From: an uncultured delta proteobacterium
GTDB taxonomy: Bacteria > Desulfobacterota > Desulfuromonadia > Desulfuromonadales > BM103
NCBI GenBank assembly: GCA_963715335.1
Contig: CAVQRZ010000001.1
Location: 128,001 to 192,000 of the forward strand
Direction: 5' to 3'
Length of the DNA: 64,000 nt
Shown here: one piece after another, positions 31,010 through 41,591 of the stretch
Layout: every line of letters begins with the position of its first letter
How positions within the stretch are numbered: the stretch's first letter is position 1
Program-made: the position numbers and the translations under genes
The notes under the pieces: generated by a model
Seen by the model: only the letters and a program-made list of their open reading frames with translations
The model's database searches: none
Told to the model about the DNA's origin: nothing

Positions 31010-32928
31010 TGCGCTTTAGAGTTGCCATGGCCTGGTTGCTGCTGTTGCTGAGCTGCTGTGCTGGCGCTGCGCTCGCCCAGCCGACAGGGCCACCACAGGC
31101 TGACATCGCAATGCAGAGAGCGCTGGACCATTACCAGGCCGGCAAGCTCAATGAAGCCGCCGGCCTGCTGCGCGGATTTATTATCAGCCAGGCCGATTCA
31201 GACCGGATTAACGAGGCCTATTATTACCTGGCTCGCATCCATCACGACCTCGATCAACCTTCGATTGCCCTGGATTATCTGGACCGGCTCGACCGGAACG
31301 CGGCGAGTCCGGCCAGTGCCCTGTTGCAGGCCAGGTTACTCCTGCAGATGGGTGATGCCGCCCGGGTCGTTGATCGATTGCTGCAAATCGACTCGGAGAC
31401 ATGGCCGCTGCAACAGCGCCAGGAACGCTATCTCGCCCTTGCCGAAGGGTTTATGGCCCTGGACGAGCCTCACAAGGCTCTCTACTTCTACCAGCAAGCC
31501 ATGGTGGTAGAGGGGGACGCCTCTCCGCGTGACGTCCTGGCACATATCTATAGCCTGCTGAGCGATCGTTTCAGCGAGGCTGAACTTGCTGAAGCAGCGT
31601 TCATGTATCGCGACAGCCCGGTGGCTTACCTGGCGATGCTGCAACTCGGCTGGCGAGCCCTGGCGGCGGATCAAAAAGAACAGGCCCGCGAGTGGGCCGC
31701 TGCCGCTATGCAGTCACCGATCGGTTTCGCCTATCGTGAAGAAGCCCTGGCACTGCAGTCGCAACTCAGCGACCCGAGCCAGCTGCAACGCTCCATCGGT
31801 GTCCTGCTGCCTTTGAGCGGCCGCTACGCCGCCTTCGGTGAAAGGGTAAAGAACGGGATGGAACTGGCAATGGAGACGTTCCGCCCCCATATCCCGGTAC
31901 GCCTGATCTTTCGTGACACGGCCGGAGATGAGACGATCGCCGCCCAGCAGGTCGCCGAACTGGCGATCAGTGATCGCGTCATGGGCATTGTCGGGCCGCT
32001 GGTCGGCAATGCTGCCCATGGTGCGGCCATACGGGCCAACCAGGAGCGCATCCCGCTGCTGACCATGTCCCAGCGTGAAGGGCTGGCGGCCTCGAGCCTC
32101 TACGTATTCCGCAATTCTCTGACCGCGAGACTGCAGGTCCGGGCCCTGGTTGACTACGCCATGGAAGAGCGTGGTTTTTCCACTTTTGGCATCATGAGTC
32201 CGCAGACCCGCCAGGGAGAAAATTTCGCCGAGCTTTTCCGGGACGAAGTCTGGCGCCGTGGCGGCGAGATCATCGCTGAGCAGAGCTACCAGACAGACCA
32301 GACCGACTTCCGCTATCAGGTCCGCATGCTGCAGGGGCTGGACCCCGACGCGCCTGACAAGGAGGAGTCCCCCGTCGATTCGGAGGCTTCCGGAGCTGAC
32401 GGTAAAGAGGAGAAAACACCCCCTCCCTTCGAAGCTTTGTTCGTCCCGGATTACTCCGACCGGATCAGCCTGATTGCACCCCAGATTGCCTTCTATGGTC
32501 TGGAAGAGATTCAATTACTCGGCACCAACGGCTGGAACGACGCCGAACTGCCGCGCCTGGCGCGCCAGTTTGTCGAAGGCGCCGTGTTCACTGACAGCTT
32601 CTTTTTGCACAGCACCTATCCCTTCGTTCAGGAGTTCGTGAAAAACTTCTTCAACCGCTTCGGCGAAGAGCCGACCATTCTCGAAGCCCAGGGCTACGAC
32701 ATTGCCGGGATCGTGTTGACCCTCCTCAACGACCCCGAAATCCGCAGTCGCGAAGATCTGCGTCGCGCCCTGTCACAACTGCAGACCTTCCCCGGGGTGA
32801 CCGGCGCCACGCGCTTCGACCTCATCGGCGAAGCTGACAAGACCCTCTTTCTGCTTCAGATCCAGAATGGTGCGATCGTTCAAATCAACCAAGGGGCCAC
32901 CGCACCGGGTAAACCGGCTCTTCAATAG
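31009..32928 (+). CDS. TPR + LppC/LpoA-like periplasmic-binding-fold protein (penicillin-binding protein activator family)
   Basis: Signal peptide, TPR-like helices, and IGVLLPLSG, GPL and F.GVTG motifs. Confidence 0.75.
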   Translation: MRFRVAMAWLLLLLSCCAGAALAQPTGPPQADIAMQRALDHYQAGKLNEAAGLLRGFIISQADSDRINEAYYYLARIHHDLDQPSIALDYLDRLDRNAASPASALLQARLLLQMGDAARVVDRLLQIDSETWPLQQRQERYLALAEGFMALDEPHKALYFYQQAMVVEGDASPRDVLAHIYSLLSDRFSEAELAEAAFMYRDSPVAYLAMLQLGWRALAADQKEQAREWAAAAMQSPIGFAYREEALALQSQLSDPSQLQRSIGVLLPLSGRYAAFGERVKNGMELAMETFRPHIPVRLIFRDTAGDETIAAQQVAELAISDRVMGIVGPLVGNAAHGAAIRANQERIPLLTMSQREGLAASSLYVFRNSLTARLQVRALVDYAMEERGFSTFGIMSPQTRQGENFAELFRDEVWRRGGEIIAEQSYQTDQTDFRYQVRMLQGLDPDAPDKEESPVDSEASGADGKEEKTPPPFEALFVPDYSDRISLIAPQIAFYGLEEIQLLGTNGWNDAELPRLARQFVEGAVFTDSFFLHSTYPFVQEFVKNFFNRFGEEPTILEAQGYDIAGIVLTLLNDPEIRSREDLRRALSQLQTFPGVTGATRFDLIGEADKTLFLLQIQNGAIVQINQGATAPGKPALQ

Positions 32929-33050
32929 CATTGGACTCGCGCCCGGAGGATCATACTTCCGAGGCGCCTGGCCTACTCTATTTCGACACGCAGACACTGA
33001 GAAAAAGCCTTTACAGTCAAACGTTCTTTGGTGTATTTTGCCTGTTCTGC

Positions 33051-33138
<88 letters not shown>

Positions 33139-33299
33139 GGTTAACTTACTTGTAACGCTCCCAAGGGATTCGAAGCGGAGCGAACGCTGCCAGTGACAGA
33201 AGAGTGAACCGAGAGGTTCGCGGCAGTGAGCGTAGGGGAGCCTACGCAGGAGCCAACGAGAGTTGGCGAGGTAGTGGGCGAATCCCTCCCTCTCCGCCA
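33139..33299 (+). repeat. tRNA-linked structured mini-element ending in a 21 bp duplicate of the tRNA-Ser 3' end
   Basis: cgaatccctccctctccgcca occurs at 33118-33138 and at 33279-33299, with several internal hairpins between them. Confidence 0.8.
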
Positions 33300-33444
33300 T
33301 TTCTTATCCAACTGATTACAAATCAATGCAAAAAGGCAATCAAGGCTCAGGATTTAAGCTTTTTCACTGGCAAACCTTGATGGTTTTCACTTCTTTGCGT
33401 TAGATGTTTTCAGTTATCCGGCATGGGCATATATTTGCCGTCAG

Positions 33445-33554
33445 AAGTGACAGCCGGGTCCCGCGCAACGGACGGCCGTGAACTCCGTCAGACCCGGAAG
33501 GGAGCAGCGGCAGCGGCCTCAGCCGTGTGCCGCGGGAGTGCCTGGCTGTCACTT
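33445..33554 (+). ncRNA. ffs: Signal recognition particle RNA (4.5S, small type)
   Basis: Long hairpin aagtgacagcc..ggctgtcactt containing TCAG.cc.GGAA.gg.AGCAG; usual position upstream of dnaX. Confidence 0.92.
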
Positions 33555-33605
33555 GTGCCGGCAAGTCGCCGGTTGCGGTTTTCCTGTCATCCGAACTGAG
33601 AGACC

Positions 33606-35264
33606 ATGGCCTATCTGGTACTCGCCCGCAAGTGGCGTCCACAGAACTTCGCCGACCTGATCGGCCAGGAGCATGTCAGCCAGACCCTGGCGAATGCCAT
33701 CCGCTCAGGCCGGATTCACCACGCCTTCCTCTTCACCGGCGCCCGCGGCGTCGGCAAAACCTCGGCAGCACGGATTCTGGCCAAGGCCCTGAACTGCGAA
33801 GAGGGTCTTACCGACCAGCCCTGCGGCACATGTTCCTCCTGTACGGAAATCACTGCGGGGCAGGGGATGGATGTCATCGAAATTGACGGTGCTTCAAACA
33901 CCGGGGTCGACGATGTCCGCGAACTGCGTGAAAATATCCGCTACCTGCCGAGCCGATCACGATTCAAGATCTTCATCATCGATGAAGTACACATGCTCTC
34001 GACCAACGCATTCAATGCCCTGCTGAAAACTCTCGAGGAGCCCCCGGAGCACGCCAAGTTCATCTTTGCCACCACGGAGCCGCACAAGATTCCGATCACA
34101 ATCCTGTCGCGCTGCCAGCGTTTCGATTTTCGCAAGATTCCTTTAAACAAGGTAGCGGAACGGCTGCGCGAGATATCCTCTGCCGAGAAGTTGACTATCT
34201 CGGATCGCAGCCTCGGCCTGATCGCCCGCCAGGGTGAAGGCAGCATGCGGGACGCCCTCTCCACCTTCGACCAGGTCCTGGCATTCTCCGGAGACCAGGT
34301 CGAAGACGAAGCGGTTCAGACCTTGCTCGGCATGGTGGACCGGCGCCTGCTGCTCGACACGGTCGAAGCGGTTCTGCAACGTGACAGCCGCCGGGCTCTC
34401 GAATCGGTCCATCGCGTTGACCAGCTCGGTTTGGCCCTGCGACGTTTCACCCAGGACCTGCTCGAAATGTTTCGTGGTATGGTCATCTGCAAGGTCGTTG
34501 ACGAGCCTGCCGAGCTGCTCGACATGGTCGGTGACGAACTGAGAGAGCTCAAGGTCCTCGCCGAAGAAGCGTCCTTAGAAGACCTGCAGCGGATCGTTAC
34601 CCTGCTCATGAAAACCCAGGTGGAGCTGGTCAACAGCAGCAGCCCGCTATTGGTCCTGGAGATGAGCCTGATACGACTGGCCACGCTCGCACCTACCCAG
34701 GATCTGGGCAGACTGATCCGTCACATAGAAAGCCTTGAACGACGACTGGCTTCAGCTCCCCTGCCCGCGTCCCGACCTCAGACCACACCGCAAGCCCCTG
34801 CAGCGGAGCCTCCACCGCCAAAAAAGCCTGAAGCTCCCGCCGCCGCATCAACCGACAACAAGGGGTGGCAGGGGCTGGTAGACAAGGTCAAACAAAGCCG
34901 GCCGATGCTCGGCTCGGTACTGGAACATGGCCGCCCGCTGAAACTGGAACCTCCGATGCTGGAAGTCGGCTACCCGAAAGGGTCTTTCATGACCGGTCAG
35001 CTCCAGGAAGATGATATCCGGCACGACCTCGAGGTCCTGGCAACGGAGTACTTCGGCACAACCATCAAGCTCAAGGTGTCCACGGTTGACACCAAGGTGA
35101 AGGACGCGCCCAAGTCGCTGCTGGAAACCCGCCAGGAGGAAGAGACCGACCGTATGCGCCGCCTGCGCGAAGACGCCATGGAGCACCCGGCCCTGAAAGC
35201 GGTGCAGGAGGTCTTCCACGGCAAGATCAAGAAAGTCATCCCGATCGACAAGGGATTTGTTTAA
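33606..35264 (+). CDS. dnaX: DNA polymerase III subunit tau/gamma
   Basis: LARKWRP, GARGVGKT, IIDEVH and SRC motifs. Confidence 0.97.
   Translation: MAYLVLARKWRPQNFADLIGQEHVSQTLANAIRSGRIHHAFLFTGARGVGKTSAARILAKALNCEEGLTDQPCGTCSSCTEITAGQGMDVIEIDGASNTGVDDVRELRENIRYLPSRSRFKIFIIDEVHMLSTNAFNALLKTLEEPPEHAKFIFATTEPHKIPITILSRCQRFDFRKIPLNKVAERLREISSAEKLTISDRSLGLIARQGEGSMRDALSTFDQVLAFSGDQVEDEAVQTLLGMVDRRLLLDTVEAVLQRDSRRALESVHRVDQLGLALRRFTQDLLEMFRGMVICKVVDEPAELLDMVGDELRELKVLAEEASLEDLQRIVTLLMKTQVELVNSSSPLLVLEMSLIRLATLAPTQDLGRLIRHIESLERRLASAPLPASRPQTTPQAPAAEPPPPKKPEAPAAASTDNKGWQGLVDKVKQSRPMLGSVLEHGRPLKLEPPMLEVGYPKGSFMTGQLQEDDIRHDLEVLATEYFGTTIKLKVSTVDTKVKDAPKSLLETRQEEETDRMRRLREDAMEHPALKAVQEVFHGKIKKVIPIDKGFV
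34805..34876 (+). other. Predicted programmed -1 ribosomal frameshift signal in dnaX
   Basis: GGAG at 34805-34808, in-frame A_AAA_AAG at 34820-34826, -1 frame TGA at 34829-34831, stem-loop at 34832-34876. Confidence 0.75.
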
Positions 35265-35269
35265 AATCA

Positions 35270-35399
35270 GGTAACGAGAGGCGCGAGACGCGTAGCGCGA
35301 AAAGGCATGTACAATAAAAGCGTTTGCCACGAAGTCACGAAGCCACCAGGAAAAATTTCGCAAAAACAGATTCTCTTGGTGCCTTAGAGCCTTGGTGGC
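35270..35399. repeat. Heptamer array plus ccacgaag..cttggtgg palindromic repeat
   Basis: cgcgtagcgcgaaaa at 35289-35303 is identical to 15973-15987; imperfect inverted repeat at 35326-35399. Confidence 0.55.
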
Positions 35400-35437
35400 G
35401 AGATTCCCAAAGATTTTTACTGCAAGGAGCAATACTT

Positions 35438-35755
35438 ATGACACGAGGTGGAATTGGCAATATCATGAAGCAGGCGCAGCAGATGCAACGCCGCATGGCC
35501 GAGTTGCAGGAGGAACTCGAGAAGAAGCAGGTCGTGGCCTCGGCCGGCGGCGGGATGGTCACAGCGGTCGTGAGCGGCAAGCAGCAACTTCTCGAGCTGA
35601 AGATCGACCCGGCAGCCGTTGACCCCGGAGATGTGGAGATGCTGCAGGACCTGGTCACCGCAGCAGTCAATGAAGCGATCAAGCAGAGCCAGCAGATGGC
35701 CCAGGAAGAGATGGGTAAAATCACCGGCGGCATGAACATCCCCGGGCTCTTCTGA
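35438..35755 (+). CDS. ybaB: YbaB/EbfC nucleoid-associated protein
   Basis: MKQAQQMQ, AGGGMV and D.EMLQDLV.AAVN motifs; AGGAG RBS. Confidence 0.93.
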   Translation: MTRGGIGNIMKQAQQMQRRMAELQEELEKKQVVASAGGGMVTAVVSGKQQLLELKIDPAAVDPGDVEMLQDLVTAAVNEAIKQSQQMAQEEMGKITGGMNIPGLF

Positions 35756-35990
35756 CGGCGGATTGTCGCCACAATGGGAGAAAATTCGTCAAAATTTAAA
35801 AAATGCACATCAGAGTTTATTGCAATTTAACCGATATAGAGCTTGCAATCAGTTATTTTTTTAAGCTAAGATAAATTTTTTTATCGAAAATAAAAAAATA
35901 TCCGGGGGTTTTTTCAGTGATACGAAAAAAATTTGGCCCCCTTAAAATATCTCTGGAATCTCATAAACTGTTGAATTTCTGAAATAAATT

Positions 35991-36590
35991 ATGTTAGACT
36001 CCATCCCGTCTTTCGCAAGACTGGTGGCAGAATTGGCCAAGTTTCCGGGTGTCGGCAACAAGACGGCGACCCGGCTGGCCTTTTTCTTGCTCCGCCAACC
36101 CAGGGCCCAGGGCGAAGCCCTGGCGACGGCAATCCTTGACCTGCAGAACAACACCAGGTTCTGCTCCGTCTGTTTTCACATCACGGAACAGGATCCCTGT
36201 CCCCTCTGCTGTGACCCGGGACGGGATGAAGCGCTGCTCTGCGTTGTCGAAGAACCCCAGGCCCTGCTGGCCATCGAACGCAGCCGATCCTTCAAGGGCC
36301 ACTACCATGTTTTACACGGAGCCCTGTCGCCACTGGACGGCATCGGCCCTGAAGACCTCAAGATAGACCCCCTGATCGAACGCCTTGAGAAAGGTGCCGT
36401 TCAGGAAGTTCTCATAGCGACAAACTTCACTGTCGAGGGAGATGCCACGGCGCTTTACCTGGCGAAGCTGATCCAGCCACGCGGGATTAGGGTGACGCGC
36501 CTGGCTTACGGCATCCCGATGGGCAGTGAACTCGAGTACGTCGATGAAGCGACTGTGAACCGCGCCGTCGAAGGACGACGGGATATCTGA
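35991..36590 (+). CDS. recR: Recombination mediator RecR
   Basis: PGVG.KTA.RLAF, C4 zinc finger and YHVLHG motifs. Confidence 0.96.
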   Translation: MLDSIPSFARLVAELAKFPGVGNKTATRLAFFLLRQPRAQGEALATAILDLQNNTRFCSVCFHITEQDPCPLCCDPGRDEALLCVVEEPQALLAIERSRSFKGHYHVLHGALSPLDGIGPEDLKIDPLIERLEKGAVQEVLIATNFTVEGDATALYLAKLIQPRGIRVTRLAYGIPMGSELEYVDEATVNRAVEGRRDI

Positions 36591-36669
36591 ACCGCCGTTC
36601 GACAGCCTTCATCCAATATCATCAAAAACTGATCCACCGATATTTACATTCCAGCAAGGAGGAAGTCTG

Positions 36670-39600
36670 ATGTCCAAGAAAATGACTTGCATAGACGGCA
36701 ATACCGCTGCGGCGCATGTTGCTCATGCGACCAACGAGGTGATTGCCATCTACCCGATTACGCCCTCTTCAGTGATGGGTGAAGTCTCCGATGCCAAGAG
36801 TGCAGCGGGCGAAAAGAATATCTGGAACACCATTCCCAAGGTCGTCGAGATGCAATCTGAGGGTGGTGCTGCCGGTGCTGTACACGGTGCACTGCAGGCA
36901 GGTTCTCTGTGCACCACCTTTACCGCTTCGCAAGGTCTGCTGCTGATGATCCCGAACATGTTCAAGATCGCCGGCGAGCTGACCCCCACGGTCTTCCATG
37001 TGTCGGCCCGTGCCATCGCGGCCCAGGCGCTGTCGATCTTCGGCGATCACTCGGACGTCATGTCCTGCCGTTCCACCGGCTGGGCCTTCCTCAGTTCCAA
37101 CAATGTTCAGGAAGTCATGGACTTTGCGCTGATCGCCCAGGCGGCGACTCTTGAATCGCGGGTTCCCTTCCTGCATTACTTCGATGGCTTCCGGACTTCG
37201 AGTGAAGTACAGAAGGTTCATGAGCTCTCCGAGAACGATATGCGTCACATGGTCAGTGACGAACTGGTACGGGCTCACCGCGCCCGCGCCATGTCCCCTG
37301 ATCACCCGGTGCTGCGCGGTACCGCTCAGAACCCGGATGTCTACTTCCAGGGTCGTGAAACGGTCAACGTCTTCTATGACAAGCTTCCGGGCATCCTACA
37401 GAAACAGTTCGACAAGTTCGCCAAGCTGACCGGCCGCCAGTACAACCTGTTCGACTACGTCGGTCACCCCAAAGCCGAGCGCGTCGTGGTGATGATGGGG
37501 TCGGCCTGCGACACCATGCACGAGCTTGTCGAGCACCTGGTCTCCCAGGGCGAAAAGGTCGGCCTGATCAAGGTCCGCTTCTTCCTGCCTTTCAACGTTG
37601 AGGCATTCGCCGAGATTTTGCCAAACACGGTCCGCAAGATCGCAGTCCTCGACCGCACCAAGGAGCCTGGCTCCATGGGTGAGCCGCTCTACCACAATGT
37701 CCGCACCGCTTTCGGTGAGGCAATGGCCGATGGTCTGATCTCTTTCCCGGGCTACCCGTCGATCGTCGGCGGCCGCTATGGTCTTGGCTCATACGAGTTC
37801 AGCCCCGGCATGGCCAAGGCGGTATTCGACAACCTGTCGAAAGACAAGCCGATGAACCATTACGTGATTGGCATCAAGGACGACGTCACCGGCCGCAGCC
37901 TCGATTTCGACGCGGACTATATTGTCCCCTTCGACGGTTACTCGGCGATGTTCTATGGGCTCGGGTCCGACGGTACGGTTGGGGCCAACAAGAACTCGAT
38001 CAAGATTATCGGTGACAGCACCGACAACGAAGTCCAGGCTTACTTCGTTTACGATTCCAAAAAGGCCGGCAGCATGACCACATCTCACCTGCGCTTCGGC
38101 AAGCAGCCGATCCGCAAACCCTATCTGGTCAAGAGTGCCGACTTCGTCGCCTGTCACAACTTCTCCTTCCTCGAGAAGTACGACATGCTCAAAAATGCCA
38201 AGAAAGGCGCGACATTTTTGCTCAACAGTCCCTACGGCAAAGATGAGGCTTGGGCGCAACTACCGAAGAAAGTCCAGCAGACCATCATCGACAAGCAGCT
38301 CAAGTTCTTCGTCATTGATGGTGTGAAACTGGGTAACGAGCTCGGCCTCGGACCCCGTATCAATGTCATCATGCAGACAGCATTCTTCAAGATCTCGAAC
38401 ATCATCCCGCTCGATCAGGCGGTCCGCGAGATCAAGGATGCAATCGTCAAATCCTACAGCAAGGCCGGCGAAAAAGTCGTCCGCATGAACAACAAGGCCG
38501 TTGACGCCGCCCTGGAGAACATCCAGGAAGTTGCTGTACCGGCCACAGCCGACAGCCGCATCGAGATGACCATCGGTCAGTGGGCCGGTACTCCTGCGAC
38601 AGTGCAGAAGACTCTCGGCCCGATCATCGACGGCCTCGGCGAGCACCTGCCGATCTCTGCCATGCCGGCCGACGGCACCTTCCCGACCGCAACTGCCATG
38701 TACGAGAAACGCAACATCGCCATTGAAACACCGGTTTGGGACGAGGCTCTCTGTATCCAGTGCGGCATCTGTTCCTTTGTCTGCCCCCACGCTTCGATCC
38801 GCATGAAGATTTATGATGAGAAAGAGCTGGCCGGTGCGCCGGGAACCTTCAAGTCCTGCGCTGCCCGCGGCAAGGAGATGGATGGCAGAAAATTCACGCT
38901 ACAGGTTGCAGTAGAAGACTGCACCGGCTGCGGCGCCTGCGTTTACAACTGCCCGGCCAAGAGCAAGGAGAACGAAAACCACAAGGCGATCAACATGATG
39001 CCCCAGCCTCCGTTGCGTGAAACCGAACGTGCCAACTTCAACTTCTTCCTCGGCCTGCCAGAAACCGACCCGGCCCTGTTCAACAGTGCCACGGTCAAGG
39101 GCAGCCAGCTGCTCCCGCCGATGTTTGAATTCTCAGGCGCCTGTGCCGGTTGTGGCGAGACCCCGTTCGTCAAGCTCTGCTCGCAACTGTTCGGTGACCG
39201 TATGCTGGTTGCCAACGCCACCGGTTGCTCCTCGATCTACGGCGGCAACCTGCCGACCACTCCCTGGACCACACGTAAAGACGGGCTTGGCCCGACCTGG
39301 AGCAATTCGCTCTTCGAAGACAACGCCGAGTTCGGTTTCGGCTTCCGTCTTGCGGTCGACAAGACCGCCGAGTATGCCCGTGAACAGCTGGTCAGAAACA
39401 TGGCCTGCGGTTGCGCTGCATGCAAAGGGACAGAAGGACTCAAGCAGGCAATCCTTGATGCCGACCAGTCTTCCCAGGCGCTGATCGAAGAACAACGCGA
39501 TCGCATCAACAAGCTCAAGGCGATCCTTGCCAAATGTACCCATGAAACCGCACCACAGCTCCTCGCTGACGCAGACTACCTGGTCGTCAAGTCAGTCTGG

Positions 39601-40251
39601 ATTCATGGCGGAGACGGCTGGGCATACGACATCGGTTACGGCGGTCTGGACCACGTCCTGGCTTCCGGCGCCAATGTCAACGTTCTGGTCCTCGACACCG
39701 AGGTCTACTCCAACACCGGCGGCCAGGCATCCAAGGCAACCCCGATGGCCGCGGTTGCACAGTTTGCTGCCGGCGGCAAGCCAATGCCGAAGAAGGATCT
39801 GTCGATGATCTCCATGACCTATGGCAACATCTATGTCGCCAGGGTCTCGCTGGCCAACCCGGCCCAGTGCGTCAAGGCGTTCCTCGAGGCGGATGCCTAC
39901 GAGGGCCCGTCCCTGATCATCGCCTACTCGCACTGCATCGCCCACGGCATCAACATGACCACTGCCGTGGACAACTGCAAGCGGGCGGTCAACTCTGGCT
40001 ACTGGCCGCTGTTCCGCTTCGACCCGCGCCTGGCAGCCGAAGGCAAGAACCCGCTGCAGCTCGACAGCAAAGATCCGTCGATCGGTTTTGAGGAATTCGC
40101 CAACAACGAAAACCGCTTCCGCGTACTCAAGAAGAACAATCCAGAGCAGGCGGAACAACTCCTCGCTGCTTCTGCGAAAGATGCCGCAACCCGTTTCGAT
40201 CTCTATAAAAAGCTGGCGGAAATGTCGGCAGACTGCGGGACCAAAGAATAA
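36670..40251 (+). CDS. nifJ: Pyruvate:ferredoxin (flavodoxin) oxidoreductase
   Basis: YPITPSS, QSEGGA, two CxxCxxCxxxCP clusters, ACAGCGE and GGDGWAYDIG. Confidence 0.97.
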   Translation: MSKKMTCIDGNTAAAHVAHATNEVIAIYPITPSSVMGEVSDAKSAAGEKNIWNTIPKVVEMQSEGGAAGAVHGALQAGSLCTTFTASQGLLLMIPNMFKIAGELTPTVFHVSARAIAAQALSIFGDHSDVMSCRSTGWAFLSSNNVQEVMDFALIAQAATLESRVPFLHYFDGFRTSSEVQKVHELSENDMRHMVSDELVRAHRARAMSPDHPVLRGTAQNPDVYFQGRETVNVFYDKLPGILQKQFDKFAKLTGRQYNLFDYVGHPKAERVVVMMGSACDTMHELVEHLVSQGEKVGLIKVRFFLPFNVEAFAEILPNTVRKIAVLDRTKEPGSMGEPLYHNVRTAFGEAMADGLISFPGYPSIVGGRYGLGSYEFSPGMAKAVFDNLSKDKPMNHYVIGIKDDVTGRSLDFDADYIVPFDGYSAMFYGLGSDGTVGANKNSIKIIGDSTDNEVQAYFVYDSKKAGSMTTSHLRFGKQPIRKPYLVKSADFVACHNFSFLEKYDMLKNAKKGATFLLNSPYGKDEAWAQLPKKVQQTIIDKQLKFFVIDGVKLGNELGLGPRINVIMQTAFFKISNIIPLDQAVREIKDAIVKSYSKAGEKVVRMNNKAVDAALENIQEVAVPATADSRIEMTIGQWAGTPATVQKTLGPIIDGLGEHLPISAMPADGTFPTATAMYEKRNIAIETPVWDEALCIQCGICSFVCPHASIRMKIYDEKELAGAPGTFKSCAARGKEMDGRKFTLQVAVEDCTGCGACVYNCPAKSKENENHKAINMMPQPPLRETERANFNFFLGLPETDPALFNSATVKGSQLLPPMFEFSGACAGCGETPFVKLCSQLFGDRMLVANATGCSSIYGGNLPTTPWTTRKDGLGPTWSNSLFEDNAEFGFGFRLAVDKTAEYAREQLVRNMACGCAACKGTEGLKQAILDADQSSQALIEEQRDRINKLKAILAKCTHETAPQLLADADYLVVKSVWIHGGDGWAYDIGYGGLDHVLASGANVNVLVLDTEVYSNTGGQASKATPMAAVAQFAAGGKPMPKKDLSMISMTYGNIYVARVSLANPAQCVKAFLEADAYEGPSLIIAYSHCIAHGINMTTAVDNCKRAVNSGYWPLFRFDPRLAAEGKNPLQLDSKDPSIGFEEFANNENRFRVLKKNNPEQAEQLLAASAKDAATRFDLYKKLAEMSADCGTKE

Positions 40252-40268
40252 GTATCAACCTGTTACGG

Positions 40269-40304
40269 AAAAAGGCTCCCGGCACTCATGCCGGGAGCCT
40301 TTTT
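40269..40304 (+). terminator. Rho-independent terminator
   Basis: aaaaaggctcccggca-ctca-tgccgggagccttttt. Confidence 0.85.
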
Positions 40305-40441
40305 CTTTTCCCCTGCATCGCTCACGCTGGAGTTGACCGTCACCTTTACATGGCGTAAAACCGGCAAAAAACCTTGATATCTTGCAGGGTGAAATGATAT
40401 AAGGGCTATTGGCGTATTAACCCCCATGAGGAGAATCCAGC

Positions 40442-40942
40442 ATGCTCGGTCCACAGCAATCTTCCTTTGTCATGTACGACGAGGAATTTCAGCGGATCAG
40501 CGCAGTCATCGGCAAGCTGTTGCGCGAGTCCAATGCCAAAGTCATCTTTCTGGTCGACAAGAACGGCCAGTTGATCGCCGGCTGTGGCGAGACGGAACAC
40601 CTTGACACCACCAGCCTGGCGTCTCTTACTGCAGGCAACATCGCGGCAACCGGTGGCCTGGCGAAACTTATCGGGGAGAAGGAATTCTCGATTCTGTTTC
40701 ACGAAGGGGAAAAGGACAACATCCACATTTCAATCGTTGCCCAGCGTGTCATTCTGGTTGTCATCTTCGACCATCGCAGCTCACTCGGACTGGTCAGGCT
40801 ACGGGTAAAGAAAGCCAGCGATGAGCTGGCTATCATCTTCGAAGATCTCGCGGTAAAATCGGCAGAGATGGAAAAGACCGGCAATGCCGACAGTCCGTTT
40901 GCCGAAATCACTGACGACGACATAGACAACCTGTTCAGCTAA
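40442..40942 (+). CDS. mglB: Roadblock/LC7 GAP MglB
   Basis: FLVDKNGQLIA, SLASLTAGNIAATGGLA and SSLGLVRLR motifs. Confidence 0.93.
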   Translation: MLGPQQSSFVMYDEEFQRISAVIGKLLRESNAKVIFLVDKNGQLIAGCGETEHLDTTSLASLTAGNIAATGGLAKLIGEKEFSILFHEGEKDNIHISIVAQRVILVVIFDHRSSLGLVRLRVKKASDELAIIFEDLAVKSAEMEKTGNADSPFAEITDDDIDNLFS

Positions 40943-40954
40943 GGATACCGGATC

Positions 40955-41551
40955 ATGTCTTTCATCAACTACGCCTCCCGCGAAATCAACTGTAAAATTG
41001 TTTATTACGGTCCGGGGCTGTGCGGCAAGACAACCAACCTGCAATTTGTCTATCAGAAGACCGCTCCCGACGCCAAGGGGAAGATGATTTCTCTTGCCAC
41101 GGAAACCGAGCGGACTCTTTTTTTCGACTTCCTGCCCCTGGCCCTCGGTGAAATCCGCGGCTTCAAAACCCGTTTTCACCTCTACACTGTCCCCGGGCAG
41201 GTTTTTTACGATGCCTCGCGTAAGCTGATTCTGAAAGGCGTAGACGGCGTGGTGTTCGTCGCTGATTCCCAGGAAGAGCGTCTGGACGCCAACATAGAAA
41301 GCCTGGAGAACCTCAAGGTCAACCTGGAAGAGCAGGGATATGAGCTGGAGAAGTTGCCGTTCGTCATCCAGTACAACAAGCAGGATCTGCCGAACTGTAC
41401 GCCGATTGAAGAATTGCGGGAGCTGCTCAACCCGAATGGCGTCCTTGACTTTACGGCCTGCGCGCAAACCGGTGAAGGCGTTTTCGAAACCCTCAAAGCG
41501 GTGGCCAAACTGATTCTGCTCGAGCTGAAAAAAGGTGGCGCTGGAGCTTAG
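40955..41551 (+). CDS. mglA: Small GTPase MglA
   Basis: [24 protein letters not shown] and NKQD motifs. Confidence 0.95.
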   Translation: MSFINYASREINCKIVYYGPGLCGKTTNLQFVYQKTAPDAKGKMISLATETERTLFFDFLPLALGEIRGFKTRFHLYTVPGQVFYDASRKLILKGVDGVVFVADSQEERLDANIESLENLKVNLEEQGYELEKLPFVIQYNKQDLPNCTPIEELRELLNPNGVLDFTACAQTGEGVFETLKAVAKLILLELKKGGAGA

Positions 41552-41591
41552 TCCCAGAGCGGCAGGCCAGCCATAACTTCGGCATTTTTTC

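Noticed and set aside
35972..35999. dif-like site (TTATGTTAGAC resembles a XerD arm)
   Set aside because: There is no XerC arm, and it overlaps the recR start codon.
40442..41551. mglBA as evidence for a novel motility system
   Set aside because: This pair is common in deltaproteobacteria and no other gliding genes are present here.
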